The position numbers and the translations under genes were made by a program. A DNA stretch of 47,254 nucleotides from Octopus bimaculoides. Lineage: Eukaryota. Positions 22,895 to 34,355 of the stretch are shown here, in pieces. The first letter of the stretch is position 1. Every line of letters begins with the position of its first letter. Where the stretch lies: NCBI RefSeq assembly GCF_001194135.2, contig NC_068993.1, positions 28,752,915 through 28,800,168 of the forward strand. Direction: 5' to 3'. A model generated the notes under the pieces. It worked only from the letters and a program-made list of their open reading frames with translations. It was not told where the DNA came from and made no database searches.

Positions 22895-23778
22895 CAGTAC
22901 CAGAAGTTCCTCTTTCATTGACAGTAAATGCATTTGACGATGGAATCAGTGGGATACTACAGCAATTTGTTAAAGATACTTGACAACCCCTTTCTTTTTT
23001 TTTCCAAGCATTTCAAACCGGCAGAGAGAAGGTACAGCACTTTTGGAAGAGATTTATCAACCGCTTATTTATCTATGAAACATTTTCGATATTTCTTAGA
23101 AGGACAAAATTTTACCATTATATACTCATCATAAGCCATTGGCATATGCGTTGCATTCTAAGACTGATAAATACTTTCCTAGAAGCATCAAACACTTTGG
23201 ATTTATTTTGCAGTTTATTGTGGGTATTTGTTATATGAAAGCAGCTGATAATTCTACAGCAGACACCTTATCCTGTTTTTATGTCAATGCTTTGCATTCT
23301 GCCAAAAGTTTTGACTTAGGAAAGATTGCTATGGATCAAAAGGACAATGAAGAGTTATTACAACTCCAGACATCAGAATCAGCTTCTCTAGATTTTCGTC
23401 TTTTACCACTGCATTCTAGTAATTCACTTATATGGTGTGATGTTTCTACAGATTTTCTAGACTGTACGTCCCAGAGAATGATAGATGAACCGTTTTCTCC
23501 ATTCTCCATAATTTATCGCATCTGGATATTTCGGCAATGGCAAAATTAATTTCAAATTGTTTCGTTTGGCCTAGTATACTCAAGGACACTCGTAATTGGG
23601 CTCACCATTGTATATCTTGCCAAAATCTAAGGTTCAGCGCCACATCAAAGCACCTTTAAGTACCTTTTCTATTCCTGATGCTCGTTTCAAGAATATCCAC
23701 GTAGAAATCATAGGTCCTTTCCACTATTTCAAAATAAAATGTATCTTTTGATCAGTATAGATCTTTTTTCAAGATGGC
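22895..23778 (+). pseudogene. Ty3/Gypsy element A fragment (RNase H to integrase N-terminus)
   Basis: FFSKHFKPAERRYSTFGRDL..MKHFRYFLEGQNF, HKPLAYAL, ADNSTADTLS, LIWCDVST, integrase H..H/C..C region, RFKNIHVEIIGP, ID.FSRW. Confidence 0.85.
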
Positions 23779-24037
23779 AAGTCGAAATCTCAAAAGGGGA
23801 GAGATTGTGGCAAGATTCACGACACCCCCTGAAAGAATAGACTGACTGAACAGTTATAAACAGTAGCGGTCTGAGTGAGATAGGAAACAGAGTAGGCGTT
23901 AATCGCAGGAAATCGTAAGGTGTCGTTTTGGTAGTTTGTTGGAATATAATTTTTTAGTTCGTGTATAGCTCATGGAGAGTTTGTTGGATTGTTATATTGT
24001 TGTTACCCTGCTTCGTTATATGTTTATTGTTACTACA
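23779..24037 (+). repeat. 5' LTR of Gypsy B (5'-truncated)
   Basis: Direct repeat of 27758-28001, roughly 85-90% identical by eye. Confidence 0.85.
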
Positions 24038-27000
24038 CGATTACAGTGTAAAAAAAAAGTATCGTCATAACAATTGGCAATACAACAATATTGGCAATGA
24101 GGATTCGAAGCTCGCGCAGGTCAGTTAAATTTTTGTGATACAAAGTTGTTAATTATGGAAGACCTATAAGCTTCTATAATTCAGTTGCAAAAGCAACAGC
24201 AAGAACAGCAACAGGAGTTGCAGAAACAACTACTACAGCAACATGAAAAATAACCGTTAATGGAGCTATGTTTTAAGAAGTCCGGAAACACTATAAGTTC
24301 ATTTCCACCAGGCAGCGTATCGAACTCTATAACAGAATTCAGTTATAACCCAGAGGAGGGTATAATGTTTGCGACGTACTTCAGGAGGTACAAAGAAATC
24401 TTCAGGGGAGATTGCAAGTTGTGGATGGACGAGGAAAAAGTAAGACAATTATCACATAAATTAGCTTCGTCAGAACATGAAAAACATTGTAATTTTATAC
24501 TGCCCCAAAATGCTAGTGAAGTTATTTTTCAGAAAACAGTCGAATTACAATTCAAAATATTCAGTGATAAGATTTCCCGATTTAATACTTGATGGGAGTG
24601 TTGGGATCTAGTAAAAAAAAAAGTGGATAAAGACATTGTCACGTGTGCCGGGACTGTAAACAGAATGTGCGAAAGGTTCAAATTAAAGGAACTATCTCCT
24701 GATATGTTTAAGTGCCTCATTTTTGAACAAGGGTTGATGGCAAACAAAGATGCAGAGATACGTGCAAGAATTCTCACAAAAATTGGACAGGCAGACCAGA
24801 GTTTAACCCTGCAGAAAGTTGCAGAGGAGTGTCAAAAAATGGTAAACTTGCAACAGGACGTAAAAAAAAATTAAAGAGAAGTATTTCTTACAAGTACAGG
24901 CATGTCAACCGGGAAGGAATAAACAGTCTATACTGTAAAAATATAAATGGCTGTCCCACCAGTAAAATAACCCATCAACTGAATTGAAGAAAAAACAAAA
25001 AACTTGTTTCCTGAAGTTCTGTCGGATAAATTAGGTCTCTGTACTAAGACTGAGGCGTATTTTCAAACAAATGAAAATGTCGAAACCTGTGTTCAAACCC
25101 AATAGAAAAGTACCTTTTGTTGCGATAAAACAGGTAGATGAAGAATTAGACAGACTAGAGAAAATTGGAGTTATTCTAAATGGGCAGTACCAATTGTGTG
25201 TACTAAAAAAAAAACAAAAAAAAAAACAACAACAAAATCAGGGTGTGTGCCGATTTTTCTACTGGTTTGAATGACTGTCTAAAAATGTGCCACTATCCGC
25301 TACCTACTCCAAAGGATATTTTTGCAAAATTAAACGGTGGCAAGATATTTCGAAACTGGATCTGTCTGATGCGTACCTACAGATTAAAGTAGACGAGTAA
25401 TGTTCGAAATTTTTAACAGTATATACGTATAAAGGATTTTATAAATATAACAGACTGACATTTGGTCTAAAGTTTGCACCTGCAGTTTTTCAACAGGTTA
25501 TGCAATGTTGGTGGACTGTAAATTTGCAATTCCATACCTGGATGATGTATTAATTAAAGTGAATCTCGTGATTAGCATGTCGAGCATGTAAAGTGTGTTT
25601 TAAAAAAAATAAGAGATTACGGTTTCACACTGAGTGAGGAGAAATGTGAAATCTTTTTGCCTAAAATTAAGTATTTAGGACAAAATATTGATAGAAATGG
25701 AAGACGACCTGATCCGTCAAGGGCAGACGCAATTAAAAATATGCTTCTTCCAACTAATATAACGACATGACAAACTTTTCTAGGTCTAGCAAATTATTAT
25801 CAAAATTACATACCAAACATGTATAATTTGAGAGCTCCACTGAATAATTTGCAAAAAAGGGATTTGAAGTGGAATTGGTCAAATAATTGTCAAAAACGTG
25901 TTTGATGAAATTTAAAAAAATATTAATATCGGATTTGTCACTGACTAATTTCGATCCTACAGTGGAGATTGTTATAGTGTCTGATGCTTCTGAATACAGC
26001 ACAGGAGTAGTGATGCTACACAAATACAAATATGGTAATATGAAGGGGGTGGTTCATGCCTCACATTCTCTGATAGCCGCAGAGAAAAACTGTAACCAAA
26101 TAGAGAAAGAAGTTCTTGCAATTATCTTGGCCATGAAGAAATTTCACAGATTTTTGCACGGTAGAAGTTTTAGGCTACAAACTGATCACCAACCATTATA
26201 TATCTATTTTGGGGTTGAAGAAAGGAATCCACACCCATACTACAAAATAGATTGCAGCGTTGGGCTACGATATTGTTGAATTATGACTTTAAGATGGAGT
26301 GCATTCCTTCTAAGAAAATTGGCCATGTGGATTGGTTATCTAGGCTAATTCTGAAGAATGTGGAACTGCTGGAAAATACGGTAATAGCCGCATTACAATC
26401 AGAAAAGGAAATTAAAAACATTATGTGTAATGTCATTCAGGAGCTGCCAGTGACCAACTGCACTACAGAAAGGCGTATTACATGAATTTCATAGTGGACA
26501 CCTGGGGATGTCAAGAATGAAAGCTTTGAAGAGCAGTTACGTGTTTGGCCGACAAGAGACTAGGACATTGAAAATTTGGTGAAATCATGTAGAGGTTTGC
26601 GTTAGCAGCCAAGGTACCACTAATACTAACCGTGGCCTGAGACTGATAGTCCATGGTCCAGGGTACGTATAGACTATGCTGGATCGGTGAATGGCACGTA
26701 CTACTTGATCATTGTTGATAGCTTTACCAAGTAGCCGGAAATATGTAGACGCAGTCAACCAACCGCGATGGCAAAAATAAAGTTCCAGCACGAACTTTTT
26801 GCCCGATACCGTGTTCCAGACACCACAGTATTGGACAATGGAATGCAATTTACAGGATACGAGTTCAAAAATTTCTGCAAAATGCAATCCAGCCCTACCA
26901 TCTGAGATCAAATGGGCATACAGAACGATTCGTAGACACTTTCTTTTAAGCGAGCACAAAAAGAGCAAGGAACAAGTGAGGAAATGACGAAGTGCTAACA

Positions 27001-27704
27001 CAATTCTTAAGGGTTACAGAATAATTAATGCCCAATCCAAATACCAGTTCAGGCAAGTTCGCTCGGAAGATAAAATCTATCTTCAACAAATTGTTGCCAA
27101 AGAAAAAAAAAAAATGAAAAGAGAAAATACAAACAATTCAACAAAACATTTTGATGTGGGAGACAAAGTCCATTTCAAAATATACAGGAATGCTTAAAGA
27201 AGGTTGGAAAGACGGTATAGTGACTAAAAGAAATGGAAACATGATGTATTTAATAAAAGGCCAACGAAGGGAGCATAAACGACATTTAAATCAATTGAAA
27301 ACTAAACATATGGAAGAAAGGAAGGAAATTCCAATGGAAGTTTTTTTACATGTTCGATGGNNNNNNNNNNGGGAGACAAAGTCCATTTCAAAATATACAG
27401 GAATGCTTAAAGAAGGTTGGAAAGACGGTATAGTGACTAAAAGAAATGGAAACATGATGTATTTAATAAAAGGCCAACGAAGGGAGCATAAACGACATTT
27501 AAATCAATTGAAAACTAAACATATGGAAGAAAGGAAGGAAATTCCAATGGAAGTTTTTTTACATGTTCGATGGGCCAGCACCAAAAGAGATTGAGCCTAG
27601 AAGGAGCAGTAGCAGGAAACGTAAACAGACTGAACGTTTGAAAATAATTCCTAAGCGGAAAAGGTATTGAACTCCCTAAGGAATCAAAATCTCAAAAAGA
27701 GAGG

Positions 27705-28001
27705 TGTTGGAAAGAAAGAAAGAAAAAATAAAAGAAAATAAATTTTGTTTTCTACGGAAGTCGAAATCTCAAGGGAGGTTATGGCGAGATTCACGACACC
27801 CTCTCCGAGAATAGACTGACCGAACAGTTATAAACAGTAGCAGTCTGAGTGAGATAGGAAACAGAGTAGGCGTTAATTGAAGGAAGTCGTAAGGTGTCAT
27901 TTTGGTAGTTTGTTGGAATATCGTTTGTTAGTTCGTGGAAAGTTTGTTGGATTGTTACGTTATTTGTTACCCTGCTTCGTTATATGTTTATTATTACTAC
28001 A
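27705..28001 (+). repeat. 3' LTR of Gypsy B
   Basis: Starts TGTTGG immediately after the PPT, ends TACTACA, and matches the 5' LTR. Confidence 0.85.
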
Positions 28002-28007
28002 ATATTG

Positions 28008-28235
28008 AGACTGATGGGTGAAAAGAATATTGGTGGAACTTAAAAATTCAAATAGCCACTAAGTTAAAACACAACTGGCCAGACATTGTTGTGTGGAGCC
28101 ACAAGGAAAAGATATGTTTTGTTGCGGAAATCAGCTGCCCTCTGGGCACCAATGTGGTTAAAAAAATACAAGAGAAAGAGGACAACAATGGACCATTAAT
28201 AAGGAGTTTCCAAATCAATTCCCAAGATACATTTT
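28008..28235 (+). pseudogene. R4/Dong-like RLE fragment 3
   Basis: EYWWNLKIQIATKLKHNWPDIVVWSHKEKICFVAEISCPLGTNVVKKIQEKE follows the PD..E..K RLE pattern. Confidence 0.7.
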
Positions 28236-28346
28236 CAGTTTCATAGTTGAGTTCTTGGGCAAGTATCTTCTACTATAGCTCTGGGCCAATCAAAACCTTA
28301 TGAATGGATTTGGTTGGCGGAAACTGAAAGAAGCCCGTCGTATATA

Positions 28347-28706
28347 TGAGGGTCAGCTGAAAAGTTTACAGGCTGAATAAGATACCCTCATGGAATGTGA
28401 TCAAATGAAGTTTATTTTTCAACGGTTCACACACTTCTTCCATTGGTGTTGTAGTGCTCAGAACCCATTGGTAAAGAACTCAGCAACAGCAGATATCACG
28501 TCATCACCATTGCGATACTAGCTCCCAGACAAGTGTTATTTCATGTTTGTGAACAGGAGTGGCTGTGAGGTAAGTAGCTTGCTTCCTAACCACATGGTTC
28601 TGGGTTCAGTCCCACTGCGTGGCACCTGGGCAAGTGTCTTCTATAGCCTCGGGCCGACCAAAGCCTTGTGAGTAGATTTGGTAGACAATAACTGAAAGAA
28701 GCCCGT

Positions 28707-28742
<36 letters not shown>

Positions 28743-29872
28743 TCTCTTCCACCCACTCACTTGACAACCGATGTTGGTGTAAAATAGTGGTTCAGCAAAA
28801 GAGACTGATAGAATAAGTACTAGGCTTACAAAGAGTAAGTCCTTGGGTCGATTTGTTCGACTAAAGGCAGTGTTCCAGCATGGCCGCAGTCAAATGACTG
28901 AAACAAATAAAAGAATAGATAATTAGATGGGACCAGATCAGGAGAATAGGGATGGTGATCAACAAGTTGAAAGCCACAGTCATGCACAGCAGCCGCTAAA
29001 ACAAGGATTTGTGTGCTGGAGCGTTGTCTTGATAAAACAAGATTCCTTTCGTCAGTTTCCCTAGGCGTTTGGTCTTGATAACCTTTCCTAACTGCCTCAG
29101 CAAGTTGGCATAGTACTCTCCATTGATGACATGGCCCTCTTGAACTGAGGCCATCAACTTTTCTCCAGATGAAATGACCATAGCTTTCTCCAGAGCAGGT
29201 GAGGAAGGGGTGTTTCCATTGCATGGATTATCTCTGTCTCTGATGCAAAGTGATGAAACCAACGCTCATCCTGGGTCAGGAAACATTCAAGGAAACCAGC
29301 TGTATCTGCCTGAAACAATGCCACATTTTCTTGTGATGTGATCAGCCAGGTGTCAGAAGACGTGGCATCCACCAACCAAGTTCATATTCTCAACTCTCTG
29401 ACGGGATATGCTAATAACATTGGCTATTTAATTTATAAGTCAATTGCCTTTCATCCATCACCATGTGGTGTACAGGATCAATGTTTTTCTTGGTGGTGGC
29501 AGTTGCAAGAAGTCCAGATCTTGGGTCGTCTTCAAGACTATCCTTTCCCTCCTAAATTCAGCAGCCCACTTTTGCACAGTTAATAAAGCTGGAACTTCAT
29601 CCCCTAATGTAGTAACCATGTCAGCATAAAAATCATTGGGGGTTAGACCCCTTTCCTGCCAATACTTGATAACACCACAATGCCAAATTTTGTCCATTTT
29701 CAAAAGAAGTCACTACTTGTTACTTTTGAAGTCTTCTTTCAAAAGCCAAATGTCAATTTACCAGGAAAGAAACAATGCAGTTATTAATGAGTTGAAATTA
29801 TTGCACGCAAGATTTCACAACTCTAGTAATACTCCTTCATAGTGAGCTTATGAACTTTTCAGCTAGCCCTTG
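28347..29872 (-). mobile_element. Mariner (Tc1/mariner) transposon, full-length decayed; transposase about 29697-28412
   Basis: TIRs TGAGGGTCAGCTGAAAAGTTTACAGGCT / AGCTTATGAACTTTTCAGCTAGCCCTTG, with TA on the left. Transposase: MDKIWHCGVIKY..TVQKWAAEFRR, FLTQDERW, QDNAPAH, YSPDL, ending VEK*. Confidence 0.93.
28555..28916 (+). mobile_element. Family A SINE inserted within the mariner
   Basis: Complete head (AGGAGTGGCTGTGAGGTAAG..GGGTTCAGTCCC), internal (TG)n, and 3' tail GACTGAAACAAATAAAAGAAT. Confidence 0.9.
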
Positions 29873-30129
29873 CATATGTAGCTGTGTCTTTGTCCCTTAG
29901 TGTTGTTCTGTTTACGTCCCTGTAACTTAGCGCTTCGGCAAAAGATCAACAGAATAAATGCCAGGCTTTAAAAATAAGTACTGTTGGGGGGTGGGTGATT
30001 CGTTCTACTAAACCTCATCAAGGCGGTGCAGTCCAAAAACTGAAACAAGTAAAAAGTAAATCAAGGTGGCCAGAAGCTATATTTTACGGACACCCCGCCC
30101 TACTTTTAATAAGACATTAAATGAAACTT

Positions 30130-30309
30130 ATTTTAGGGAGATAATTTATGTATATAAACATACCACTTTTTCTTTTTTTAAATGGTAAGTTTTAAGTATA
30201 AAAATATAAAATAGGCTTTTATTAAATTTTTCAAAAACACATCTCACGAAATCCAAATATGTTTTCATAAAAACCTGGGTTCCTTCGGAACCCACTTTAA
30301 GAAACGCTG
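30130..30309. mobile_element. Possible hAT-type MITE end
   Basis: Hairpin TGGGTTCC-TTC-GGAACCCA followed by TTTAAGAAACGCTG, similar to the TIR of the 34108-34355 MITE. Partner TIR and TSD not found. Confidence 0.35.
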
Positions 30310-30589
30310 GCATATGAGATAGAGAGATGGGTTTCAGTAAAAAAGGGAAGAATGGTATAGGATCTGAGAAAAGTGTAAGTTGAGGAAAATGATGATTGAG
30401 TAAGGATGAGAACGAAAATATAATGAATGGAAGGAACAAATAGAGGAAAACAAAGAGCAGGAATAGAAAGTGTAAGAGAGTTAATCATAGAGTAAGAGAC
30501 AGGAGTAGAATGATAGGAATAATTTGGACATAGCTTGTCAGGGTAGAATTTAGAAAGAAATGACAATTTAGAGTTGCGGTATAGGGACA

Positions 30590-30880
30590 AGAGTGCTGAC
30601 AGTGTAAGGAAGTTAGTGTGCAACGTGGATGTGAATGTATGTGTGTATGAGAGAGAGAAAGAGAGAGAAGAGGGAGAGAGAGAGAGAGAGAGAAGACTAT
30701 TGTTAAGATGAAAGATACAGTACATGGAAAAAAAAACTGTTTGAGAAAAGTGTGAGAGCAAAAGAGAAGACAATATGTAATAGAGAGAAGGACGTGAGTG
30801 TGAAGGAGAGAGTGTGAGGAAAAAGTATATGTGAAAGAGAGCGAGACAGTGAGTGAGGAGACGGTGTGTGGTGAGTGTGA
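30590..30880. repeat. GA/GT-rich low-complexity tract
   Basis: Seen directly in the sequence. Confidence 0.8.
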
Positions 30881-31754
30881 CTAGAGAAAACCGCGGGTAT
30901 GTATTATATAAAGTGAAATAGTGTATGCGTATGATAGAATGAAGTGATGGGCGGCGACCATAAGCTTTTTCTTTTTTTTTTTATTTACGTATTTTCACCA
31001 GTCTTCCTTTATAGAATAAAATCACAACTTGCTACATACATATAAAGGTTAACACCGCGCGCGCGCACGAACACACACACACACACACACACACAAACAA
31101 TAATGGTAATTTCAAACGAATGTCACTCCTATCTAGTGATCACTGATATTTTGGAATGATAAACCGACGGAGTGCGTAAAAAACTGAGAGAAAGAGAGAG
31201 AGAGAGACTGTATATCTATTAGTTAAGGTGGTAGTGGTGTGTATGTATGTACATGTATATGTGAGTGTGGACACAGACATATTAAACCCACTAAGAGAGA
31301 AACAGAAAAATCAGCAGTAAGCGTGCCTTTTTTTTTTTAAACACTTACACACATACCCCAATGTTTCTGTAGGTGTCTAAGAACAACACTACCGCCACTA
31401 CTAAATTTACTATTAAACAACTCACAAGCCAAGTATTGGTCTACGTATCATACCTACTGCCTATCCTAAAGTTATTTCACGGAAATTATACTCACCCACC
31501 ACGTGTGTGTATATATATATATATNNNNNNNNNNNNNNNNNNNNNNNNNNNNNNNNNNNNNNNNNNNNNNNNNNNNNNNNNNNNNNNNNNNNTGTGTGTG
31601 TGTGTTTGTATGTGTGTGTGTTAATGTTTCTAAATCTTTAATCTGACACGCATACATACATACATGTGTGTATGTGTGTGTGTATACTTGCGATATTTCT
31701 GTTATCCAGCCGGTACATTCTATTCAAGACAGTGAAATATTTGTGGATATTACT

Positions 31755-31797
31755 ATAATAATAATAATAATAATAATAAATGATGATAAATAATAAC
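31755..31797 (+). repeat. (AAT)n microsatellite
   Basis: Seen directly in the sequence. Confidence 0.9.
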
Positions 31798-33166
31798 TAT
31801 TCATGAAAACATTCTTTTTAAAAATGAATTGAGGATTCTTTACCAAACTTGTTGATGTGGCTGTTGTCATTGTCAGGTAAGTTAAAATAATTAGTTGCTC
31901 ATAGTTGTATGTATGAGGAAGTGTTGTGAGAAAGAGGTGGTGTCTAATTGTTAATCATGCTACCGACTCCTCTTTGACCACCGTATTTTGTTATTGTTAT
32001 TTAGACATAGGCCATCCTAGTTCGTGCTGATGACTTATGATCAAAAGTATTCCAGTCGTGATTATTTGTAAAACGGCTGCATACCCTACTATGTTTTGTG
32101 CCCCTTTCCTTACTACAACATTCGATCGAATATAATTTGAAGAAAGATTTGGCTGCTATTTCTAGTAGCTTGAGTGACTACGTTAAGGAACCCTTTTTGG
32201 TTCGTCGTCGTCTGGTTGAGACCCTGCTGTATGGTAACTACAGATTGGTATCCTCACCCCAATTTCGTTTCCTCATAACTTGCTGCGAATGCATATTAAA
32301 TGACATTTTACAGAAGTATGTTTTCGAGATTGCAGATTGATAAAACTTAGAAACAAAAAAATGTTTAGTGGGATAGTTTCAGCTTGGACTTCCACCCTCC
32401 TTCCAGCCACGATTTTGTTGTCACAATTTCCGTAACTTTGGTTATGTTTTGGAAAATCGACATTACGTAATGTACAGTCTCGGAAATGTATTTCTGCAAA
32501 ATGTCAATTTAGAATTATGCATTTCAGAGTGTTACGAGGAAACAAAACTGAGAGGTGGAAGAAAACGAGCCTTCAAAATCTTTTTTTTCTTTTCTTTCTA
32601 TCAACATAATTGTACTCTACACTCTCGAATTTATCTCTGGAAAATTTCATTGAAAATATCCATTTTATAGGAAGTCTTGAGGAAACAAAGTCGTNNNNNN
32701 NNNNNNNNNNNNNNNNNNNNNNNNNNNNNNNNNNNNNNNNNNNNNNNNNNNNNNNNNNNNNNNNNNNNNNNNNNNNNNNNNNNNNNNNNNNNNNNNNNNN
32801 NNNNNNNNNNNNNNNNNNNNNNNNNNNNNNNNNNNNNNNNNNNNNNNNNNNNNNNNNNNNNNNNNNNNNNNNNNNNNNNNNNNNNNNNNNNNNNNNNNNN
32901 NNNNNNNNNNNNNNNNNNNNNNNNNNNNNNNNNNNNNNNNNNNNNNNNNNNNNNNNNNNNNNNNNNNNNNNNNNNNNNNNNNNNNNNNNNNNNNNNNNNN
33001 NNNNNNNNNNNNNNNNNNNNNNNNNNNNNNNNNNNNNNNNNNNNNNNNNNNNNNNNNNNNNNNNNNNNNNNNNNNNNNNNNNNNNNNNNNNNNNNNNNNN
33101 NNNNNNNNNNNNNNNNNNNNNNNNNNNNNNNNNNNNNNNNNNNNNNNNNNNNNNNNNNNNNNNNNG

Positions 33167-33219
<53 letters not shown>

Positions 33220-33245
33220 TACTATTATTATTATTATTATTATTA
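33167..33245 (+). repeat. (TTA)n microsatellite next to a gap
   Basis: Seen directly in the sequence. Confidence 0.95.
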
Positions 33246-33256
33246 ATTGTTGAACT

Positions 33257-33436
33257 AGGCAACACGCTGGCAGAATCGTTAGCACGCCGGGCAAAATGCT
33301 TACTGGTATTTCGCCCGTCGCTACGTTCTGAGTTCAAATTCCCCCTTTCAGGGTCGGGGTCGATGTAATCGACTCATCCCCCCTCCCGCCAAGAAAATGG
33401 CTGCCCTTGAGGCAAAATTTGAAACCATTATTAATT
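33257..33436 (+). mobile_element. Family B SINE with internal deletion
   Basis: CTGGCAGAATCGTTAGCACGCCGGGCAAAATGC..GAGTTCAAATTCC; lacks the central GCCTTTCATCC module; ATTATT tail. Confidence 0.8.
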
Positions 33437-33651
33437 GGTGAGCTGATAGAATCGTTAGAACTTTGGGCAAAATGTTTAGCATCATTTCCTCCATCTTTAC
33501 GTTTTGGGTTCAAATTCCACCGCTGTTGACTTTGCCTTTCATCCTTTCATGGTCTATAAATTAAGTACCAGTAAAACACTGGAGCCGATGTAATCGACTT
33601 AACCCCTCCCACAAAATTTCAAGTCTTGTGCCTGTAGCAGAAAGGATTATT
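33437..33651 (+). mobile_element. Family B SINE
   Basis: Homologous to 5051-5265; ends GAAAGGATTATT. Confidence 0.85.
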
Positions 33652-34107
33652 CTGCCCCAGAAGCCAGGGCACCCATGAGCAGCCCTCAAACCCCTCCTCC
33701 TTATTGAGGATTATATATTAATTGTTTTTTTCCCATTATGTTAATCTTGTTTACACGCAAACCTCTCACAACATTCACTCACATACATACACATACTTTC
33801 TTTTGTTTTGTTCTTTACTGTTCATAGTGTTTTTCTTAATGTAAATCCTTTGTGGCCAATAAAGAAATCATCATTATTATTATTTCAAGTATTATTTCAA
33901 GGACTACCTTATGCAAGTGTTTCCTTCTTATGCCAGTAGGGTGTAGTTTGAAGTAGATTTGACTGTTATTCTTAGCAGGTCGAATTATTACATAAAGGCT
34001 CCTTTCTGTGACCACTCTGTTTTTCACAGTGTTATGAAGCAAAACCTCCCATATAGAAAATCCCCATGCAGTGACATTTGGAAAAAAAATGGACTGTACA
34101 TCTAGAC

Positions 34108-34355
34108 CAGTGGTTCTCAACTGGAGTCCATATAACCCTTTGGGGTCCATACCAGATTTTGTTCTTAAAGTCTATATGTAATAAATTAGTTAGGCCTATA
34201 TGTCTACAATACGTAAAATATTTCAATTTTTTATACAATTCCTAAAAATATTCGATTAAAAAAATATAATAGTATTTATAAAAACATCAAGTGGCTATGA
34301 GAGATTCACATAAGTAAAATAGGAATCAAAGGAGTCCAGAGGTTGGGAACCACTG
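34108..34355. mobile_element. hAT (Charlie-like) MITE, 248 bp
   Basis: TIRs CAGTGGTTCTCAAC / GTTGGGAACCACTG with a perfect 8-bp TSD ATCTAGAC (34100-34107 and 34356-34363). Confidence 0.93.

Larger units (their letters stand above)
23779..28001 (+). mobile_element. Ty3/Gypsy element B (K02A2.6/Mag-like) with both LTRs, internally deleted and decayed
   Basis: Gag EFSYNPEEG..FATYFRRY..FKCLIF..GL from about 24155; RT YLDD at 25535-25546; RNase H SDASEY..IEKE.LAII..KFHRFLHGRSF.LQTDH; integrase remnants at 26400-27060. PBS-like TGGCAATGAGGAT at 24092-24104; PPT AAAAAGAGAGG at 27694-27704. Confidence 0.9.
28255..30060 (+). mobile_element. Family A SINE split by the mariner (parts 28255-28346 and about 29873-30060)
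   Basis: The 5' body CTTGGGCAAG...GAAGCCCGTCGTATATA ends at the mariner TIR. The 3' half TTTACGTCCCTGTAACTTAGCG...ACTGAAACAAGTAAAAAG resumes after the other TIR. Confidence 0.75.

Noticed and set aside
27158-27573. Exact 203-bp tandem duplication in the Gypsy B 3' region
   Set aside because: The identical copies flank a 10-N gap. This is the typical unmerged contig-overlap artefact, not a biological duplication.
32020-32070. CTGATGA at 32027-32033 as a hammerhead core
   Set aside because: No downstream stem II-GAAA-NUH arrangement.
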